Translations under genes and position numbers: made by a program
The notes under the pieces: model-generated
Seen by the model: the letters and a program-made list of their open reading frames with translations, nothing else
Told to the model about the DNA's origin: nothing
Database searches by the model: none
Shown here: one piece after another, positions 59,801 to 64,000 of the stretch
How positions within the stretch are numbered: the first letter of the stretch is position 1
Layout: the number at the start of each line of letters is the position of its first letter
From: Balanoglossus misakiensis
Taxonomy: Eukaryota > Animalia > Hemichordata
Reading direction: 5' to 3'
DNA: 64,000 nt
NCBI GenBank assembly: GCA_040954595.2
Contig: CM082577.2
Location: 17,749,500 to 17,813,499 of the forward strand

Positions 59801-62111
59801 ACACAGTGATATAAATAATCCATCAAAAGACAATAAAATAACAGAAACAGGGTCAAAACTTCAAGCAACTTTGGACTTTAAGCAACTCTGGTGGTTTTGC
59901 AAATATTTGAAGGCAATGAACAGCTGTACTTTTTATGTACTATTTAAAAGTCCACTATCTGTAACTTCTGGCTACTTTTTCAGTATTTTTTGTGTGTATC
60001 ATCAATTTTCTTGTTCTCCTCCCTACAGAATCCCGACACGCCCAGTTTTCTGCTTGTCAAAAAGCCATGTGTATATTTATGTAAAGATCATTGCTAATGC
60101 TATTGTCCGGCTTTGAATACAATTTCTAAAAGATAACAATGACAATTGTGCACACATGGGCTATGTTGAAGAGATTAACAATATGCATTTCACCCTTCAG
60201 GAAGCTAAACAAGAAAGCTGGTTGACATACAGAATTCAAATAATTTTTAAAAAATAGCCGAAAGTTATAGAAAGTTGACATTCAAACAAAAACGGATGCA
60301 GTCAAAACATGTTTAACTGTGTAGAATTAACTTTCATCAAATACAATCATCAAATAGTATCTGGCTACATGTTTTGTGAGAAAATCAATTAAATATCAGG
60401 ACCTTTAAATTAAGTAGAATTTACATAAAATCAGGCATATCAGTTCTATCATTTAAGCATTACATGATTGGCATATGAATTATTGAATTCAGTAAATTAA
60501 TGAATTTAAAATTTACTTAGTGCACTGTTCTTCTTAGCCTTATTGAAGGGGCAAAGTCGTTTAATTTTGACATTATTTCGGTTGGTTTTTTTTTTTGTAT
60601 GTATGTATGGCAAATATCAGAATACAATTACGATAAAATATGGGTGTACAACACACATACATGTACATCATGGGTCTGGTCTTGAACCTACAACCCTCCG
60701 ATTGCGATTCAGAACTCTTAACCACTAGGTCATGATATGATACCTTCCGGACTACAGCAGAGTACAATTTAAATACTGAGTCAGAAAAACGAAATGCTAG
60801 TTACATAACAATCTCTTCATCAACATGTTTTACACACCACTTACCCCAGTGATGGATATTTCCACATTACAAGTGTAATTTATTAGTTGTTGGTCTCAAC
60901 ATTTATGAAAACAATGTACCTGCCAGTGACACTTGGGCTCTTTTTCTTTGGCAAATTTACTTAGGTATATCATGCCAATATTGCATTCTTCTGTTTCCAG
61001 CGAGTGACGCTGGACGCAGCAATGCCGACATAACCCACCCTATTTACAGCTCCAGTGAATGCCATCAAACAATTTAAACAGCTAATAGGCAAATAAGTGA
61101 GTGTTTGTGATGGACATATATTCAGAAATAAGCAGAACATGATTAACTCCATTATATCAGCAACTTCATGTATTCGAATAAGGATAAAAACAGCGAAAGT
61201 TCCTATGGGATCTCTGACTGATGATGGAACACCAGAATGCAATCCTTACCACTTACGTATTCTAGTCAAATACATGTAGTGAGTCGCAATTAATTTGTGA
61301 AGAGTCGAGTCTGCAAAATGGGCCGAAATTCCTGTATTATGTTCCTATCCTGACCTGAGCATGATGTCGTGTAAATGTACAACTTGCAAGGAGTGCCAAA
61401 ATGCTCATCATTGAAGTTCAACGATGTATGGGAAAAGGGGTTATTTAATATACTGTCAGAATAGGTTATTCTGTATTTTTATTTTATTTTAGAGGAAGGT
61501 GGTGAGTGCGGATAGAAGTTCAATTTATTTACCTGGTCTAAGGCCATAGTGACCCACGTATCAAGTAGTAAATCCAGCCGTCCTGAATGATATCTCTTAG
61601 TAGTCTTGACGCCGATGAAAACGTCTGAGATTTCAGTCTTTCGGGCATGACTGGCGAGAACTGTCTCTGTTGTATTGAAACCTGGAAGTTGGTGATTCCG
61701 ATCGACGCGATCATGAACGGCAGCTAATTCAATACTGGTTTTCACGCCCAGGCGTTGCTCTGGTTCGTTGAAATTGGGTTTGTTATTAAGTTCAGGGGCT
61801 TGAAAGTCCAAGTCGTGTACACCACTTTGGTTTGACTCTGAATACTTGATTTCAATTATCTTAGCTGGGGAATCATACTGTCCGTCTGAAAGACCCTGGA
61901 TATGCCTACCATCGTGGTAACGATGCGGAAAGTTTGGTCGACTGCGTTTGGCCAAGTAGTTGATCAATGGCCGATCTTCCGTATTATGATGTTCCTTTAC
62001 TTCCGCACCGATTCTTAAGTCGTTCTCCTCTGTATCCCAGATGATCACAACCAAACACAGTACGGCCACCAATACCAGACCCTGTACGGTTCGTTTAGCC
62101 CGTACACGCAT
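31340..62111 (-). CDS. fng: Fringe O-fucosylpeptide beta-1,3-N-acetylglucosaminyltransferase (lunatic/radical/manic fringe co-ortholog), 10 coding exons, 449 aa
   Basis: Minus-strand GT-AG exons 62111-61533, 43284-43236, 42934-42892, 41897-41838, 40829-40682, 34556-34471, 34148-34078, 33761-33667, 32150-32059, 31466-31340 join in frame (1350 nt). Motifs [49 protein letters not shown] (DDD), [53 protein letters not shown]. Confidence 0.96.
32059..32150 (-). CDS. fng: Fringe exon 9
   Basis: [18 protein letters not shown]...EDPT. Confidence 0.92.
33667..33761 (-). CDS. fng: Fringe exon 8
   Basis: [20 protein letters not shown]...NQ. Confidence 0.92.
34078..34148 (-). CDS. fng: Fringe exon 7
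   Basis: [23 protein letters not shown]. Confidence 0.93.
34471..34556 (-). CDS. fng: Fringe exon 6
   Basis: [28 protein letters not shown]. Confidence 0.95.
34598..35135. mobile_element. Hairpin-ended element; degraded hairpin copy at ~51128-51228
   Basis: IR attatattatatca / tgatataatataat, then palindrome 34989-35130 centred on cactcgcctgacggctcgtg. Confidence 0.7.
35765..36398. mobile_element. pogo/Tigger-like MITE (TA TSD)
   Basis: TA-CCGTAGTTGCCCGGGTAAGA ... TCTTACCCGGGCAACTACGG-TA; internal repeat cgaggccatatccgg.ctaaagcccccc. Confidence 0.75.
36416..36752. repeat. (GTAT)n/(GGAT)n compound microsatellite, left part
   Basis: Directly visible. Confidence 0.97.
36753..38531 (+). mobile_element. 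Tc1-family DNA transposon, both TIRs present, defective transposase
   Basis: Perfect 28-bp TIR CAGACCCGCCAATAAGTATTTACGCACC (36753-36780 / 38504-38531); TA at the left flank. Confidence 0.93.
37199..38238 (+). pseudogene. Tc1-like transposase pseudogene (frameshift near N-terminus; third catalytic residue E->K)
   Basis: ATG at 37199 (MPKVRELPE) is out of frame with [21 protein letters not shown]...GRPR...WSDESKF...VMVWGCF...FQQDNAPVH...[15 protein letters not shown]. The codon at 38050-52 is AAG where GAG is expected. Confidence 0.85.
38532..40614. repeat. ~2.1-kb (GGAT)n/(GTAT)n compound microsatellite with GTCT and GGAC patches
   Basis: Directly visible; source of the spurious ~700-aa ORFs. 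Confidence 0.98.
40682..40829 (-). CDS. fng: Fringe exon 5 (DDD motif)
   Basis: [12 protein letters not shown]...[13 protein letters not shown]. Confidence 0.95.
41838..41897 (-). CDS. fng: Fringe exon 4
   Basis: [19 protein letters not shown]. Confidence 0.9.
42052..42160. repeat. AT-rich palindrome with a duplicated arm segment
   Basis: agcttaatcagaaaata.tttttttatttgtattgtatg-tac-catacaatacaaataaaaaaa (x2)-tattttctgattaagct. Confidence 0.75.
42892..42934 (-). CDS. fng: Fringe exon 3
   Basis: [13 protein letters not shown]; ttgcag/gtaagt. Confidence 0.9.
43236..43284 (-). CDS. fng: Fringe exon 2
   Basis: [16 protein letters not shown]; ttgcag/gtaagt. Confidence 0.9.
43505..44002. mobile_element. 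TTAA-flanked MITE (Kolobok-like)
   Basis: ttaa-AGCCCCATGAGCCGCAA ... TTGCAGCTCATGGGGTT-ttaa. Confidence 0.7.
44072..44280. mobile_element. Hairpin-ended element fragment, inverted relative of 57925-58566
   Basis: gggttattacacgaattttggt...accaaaatccgtgtaataacccc palindrome. The adjacent catacatgcctacctataaaacagtacgatttgcgaaaatgcgccgag is the reverse complement of ~58370-58418. Confidence 0.7.
46818..47960 (+). repeat. Tandem array, ~239-bp unit x ~4.7, inside a HINE-like element (46750-48515)
   Basis: aaagtaggtcaaaggtcacctgag recurs at 46842, 47081, 47320, 47559 and 47797. Confidence 0.92.
53174..53985. mobile_element. PIF/Harbinger-like MITE (TTA TSD)
   Basis: tta-GGGACCGTTCAGTTTTTACGGCTGGG ... 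CCCAGCCGTAAAAACTGAACGGTCTC-tta. Confidence 0.8.
57326..57785. mobile_element. Hairpin-ended element
   Basis: IR ttataatatacctcatgctaa / ttagcatgaggtttattataa followed by a ~190-bp palindrome at 57589-57780. Confidence 0.7.
57925..58566. mobile_element. Hairpin-ended element
   Basis: IR tatcatacatgc / gcatgtatggta, then palindrome 58424-58565 centred on gactcgttgcgaagcgcaactcgtc. Confidence 0.7.
60672..60733 (-). mobile_element. tRNA-derived SINE head / tRNA pseudogene
   Basis: Reverse complement tgacctagtggttaagagttctgaatcgcaatcggagggttgtaggttcaagaccagacc carries A-box- and B-box-like motifs but has imperfect stems. Confidence 0.45.
61533..62111 (-). CDS. fng: Fringe exon 1 (TM anchor, stem, start of catalytic domain)
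   Basis: [25 protein letters not shown]...[31 protein letters not shown]|gtaaat. Confidence 0.93.
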
Positions 62112-62580
62112 CGTGCCGATGCTTTTTAGGGGAAGACACCATCAGTCTGCATCGGAATGTTCAAACGCGTTTGGCCAGACTCGTCAAACTTCGAAGTGTG
62201 CTTTCGAAGTTTTAGGAATGAATGCGCACGCACTAATTTGCATAATAGATTGTGGTGGCGCGACCAACCGGCGCGGCGGTGTGCATCATCACCTCTCGGA
62301 TAAAACTGAGTCCTCTCACACTCCCTTTAAGCTATTAAAATGAACAAGGTCTGTACCAAATCCGAGACATACTAATAGTGAAATATAATGAATATACTTG
62401 ATTCAAGAAAATGCGTGAGGGACGGCCATGCCACAGCGCGGAAGTAACTTTTTTTTCATTCACTGCCATAATACTACGGCCATTCGCGGCTGATGCTAAC
62501 GCCGCGGGTTTGTCATGATCATGTTTTTTTAAAATCAATATTCGTCTTTCAAATGACAAATCGACGTCATTACAATAACA
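62112..62580 (-). promoter_or_regulatory. Fringe 5' UTR / proximal promoter region
   Basis: CpG-rich patch immediately upstream of the ATG. Contains an octamer ATTTGCAT (~62235), GCGGAAGT (~62438) and GACGTCA (~62563). Confidence 0.35.
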
Positions 62581-64000
62581 AAGGCTTACATAATGAAAAA
62601 GTATTGTGATATTGGCAGATGTGATGCTAGAAGCCCAGTATTAGGGATCAAGCATATAAAGGGCCGGGCCTAATATCACTGGGCGAGTGGGACCAGGGAG
62701 GGCTCGTCGTCATGAAAATCATTTTTTCGAGCTGCATGTAAAGGAAAAAACTTTTTGGTCAGAAAATGGCTGTACATTGTACTTCTGAATCAATGACTGA
62801 AACGGCATTACTGATAAGGCAAACTGGACGATTTTCTCACAAACATAATGAATCCTAATTTAAGATTTATAGGAAATCCATCAAAGGCCCATTTCTTGAC
62901 ATGGACATTTCTATAAAATAAACACAATATTTTTGTGCACGAATTCTATAAACAAACTTGGATACAGCCGTGTATAACATACGTATCTTGAGACTTCACA
63001 TGCAGTTACTTAGATGATATCAAGATAGGTCAATATTTTAACCAAATTAATTCATTCTTTACTATAAAACTTGTGCGGATTCAGTTTGAAAACCACTTTT
63101 TCCCCAGAAAAAAATATTCTAGATGGTTTATTGATAAGTGTATAGGAAGCAATTGCGTTAGGTTCTAAGGCATTCAAGTAATTACCCCCTTTGGAACTGA
63201 ACATTCTCGGGTAGGCCTAATTATTGAGCTCAAAAACCCCTTTGCATGCTTTCTACCATAGTACACGATTTAAACTGTCGATGACCAGTTACCTGCTTCT
63301 AATTTTGAGATATTTACTGAAATGTCTCGCGCAAGCCGCCCACCCTGCAGCCCACAATTATTGCGTCTAGGTGATCTTTGACTTCCAGATACAAACTTTG
63401 TCTTCGCTTATAGATAAAAAAAAAAAGAACCCCGAATCTCCACTCCGAGGAAATTGCAGTGCATCGTATCAGAATAAGGTATTAATGGTGGCCGAGGCAT
63501 CTGTTAATTAAAGTTTTGGCAACAGATAGCTGAAACAGAAACCCAACTAATACTCTATGCCTTGCTGTGAACAAATTTCCATGCATGTATGTCAATATCT
63601 AAAAGCTGGTGCTGTTTTATGCCTAGCTGACTGGCAACAATTCAAGCACTGCTCTGTTAGTCCATTCACTAGTGAATTTATTAGTCATTATTTATATTAT
63701 TTTACTGATTTATTAACATATCATATTCCAGTGCAACATACCCAACTTTCTGTAGCTGTAACTTTTAATTTAATTAATTAATTAATTAATTAATATGTTT
63801 TATTTTTTATTCGTCATCAAACAGGCGAATCTTGCCCCAAAACACTGAGAAGGAGGTACACACAACCCTTCGATTTTGAGTCTGGTACCCTCCATAACTT
63901 TTGCAATGAGGATTTTTCACTATTTTTGTTTTGAATGGCAACTACAGTTCCTTGCTCTACTCCGTAGAGCATGTTGAAATGACGGTATGCCTACTATTCA

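Noticed and set aside
60672-60733. Functional tRNA gene
   Set aside because: Acceptor and anticodon stems do not pair properly; better explained as a SINE head or pseudogene.
61935-61952. Furin-type processing site (AKRSR) in the fringe stem, as in LFNG
   Set aside because: It does not match R-X-K/R-R; too weak to claim.

Overview
AT-rich, intron- and repeat-rich animal genomic DNA. It is not prokaryotic; protein similarity and repeat style suggest a marine invertebrate deuterostome such as a hemichordate (inference). Three genes are recognisable by hand translation. (1) An intronless heparan-sulfate 3-O-sulfotransferase-like gene (-, 5749-7107). (2) Head-to-head with it, an 11-exon tRNA-dihydrouridine synthase DUS1L (+, 7725-22455, 491 aa). 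(3) A convergent 10-exon Fringe glycosyltransferase (-, 62111-31340, 449 aa). A possible membrane-protein ORF or exon lies at 275-925. The rest is mostly mobile DNA: an internally deleted Tx1/L1-type LINE with a 17-bp TSD inside a TTAA-MITE, an RTE-X-like LINE relic, a defective Tc1 element with an unusual 42-residue D-to-E spacer inside a large (GGAT/GTAT)n tract, Helentron-like modular repeats with a 239-bp tandem array, and many MITEs. The most striking unexplained signal is a set of sequence-unrelated repeat families that end in ~100-200-bp hairpins. These share tandem CGAG/CGAG (G.A) mismatches and usually a GNA/GNNA apical loop on one strand, suggesting a common ssDNA-structure-dependent mobilisation system. 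Coordinates were counted by eye; repeat boundaries are approximate.
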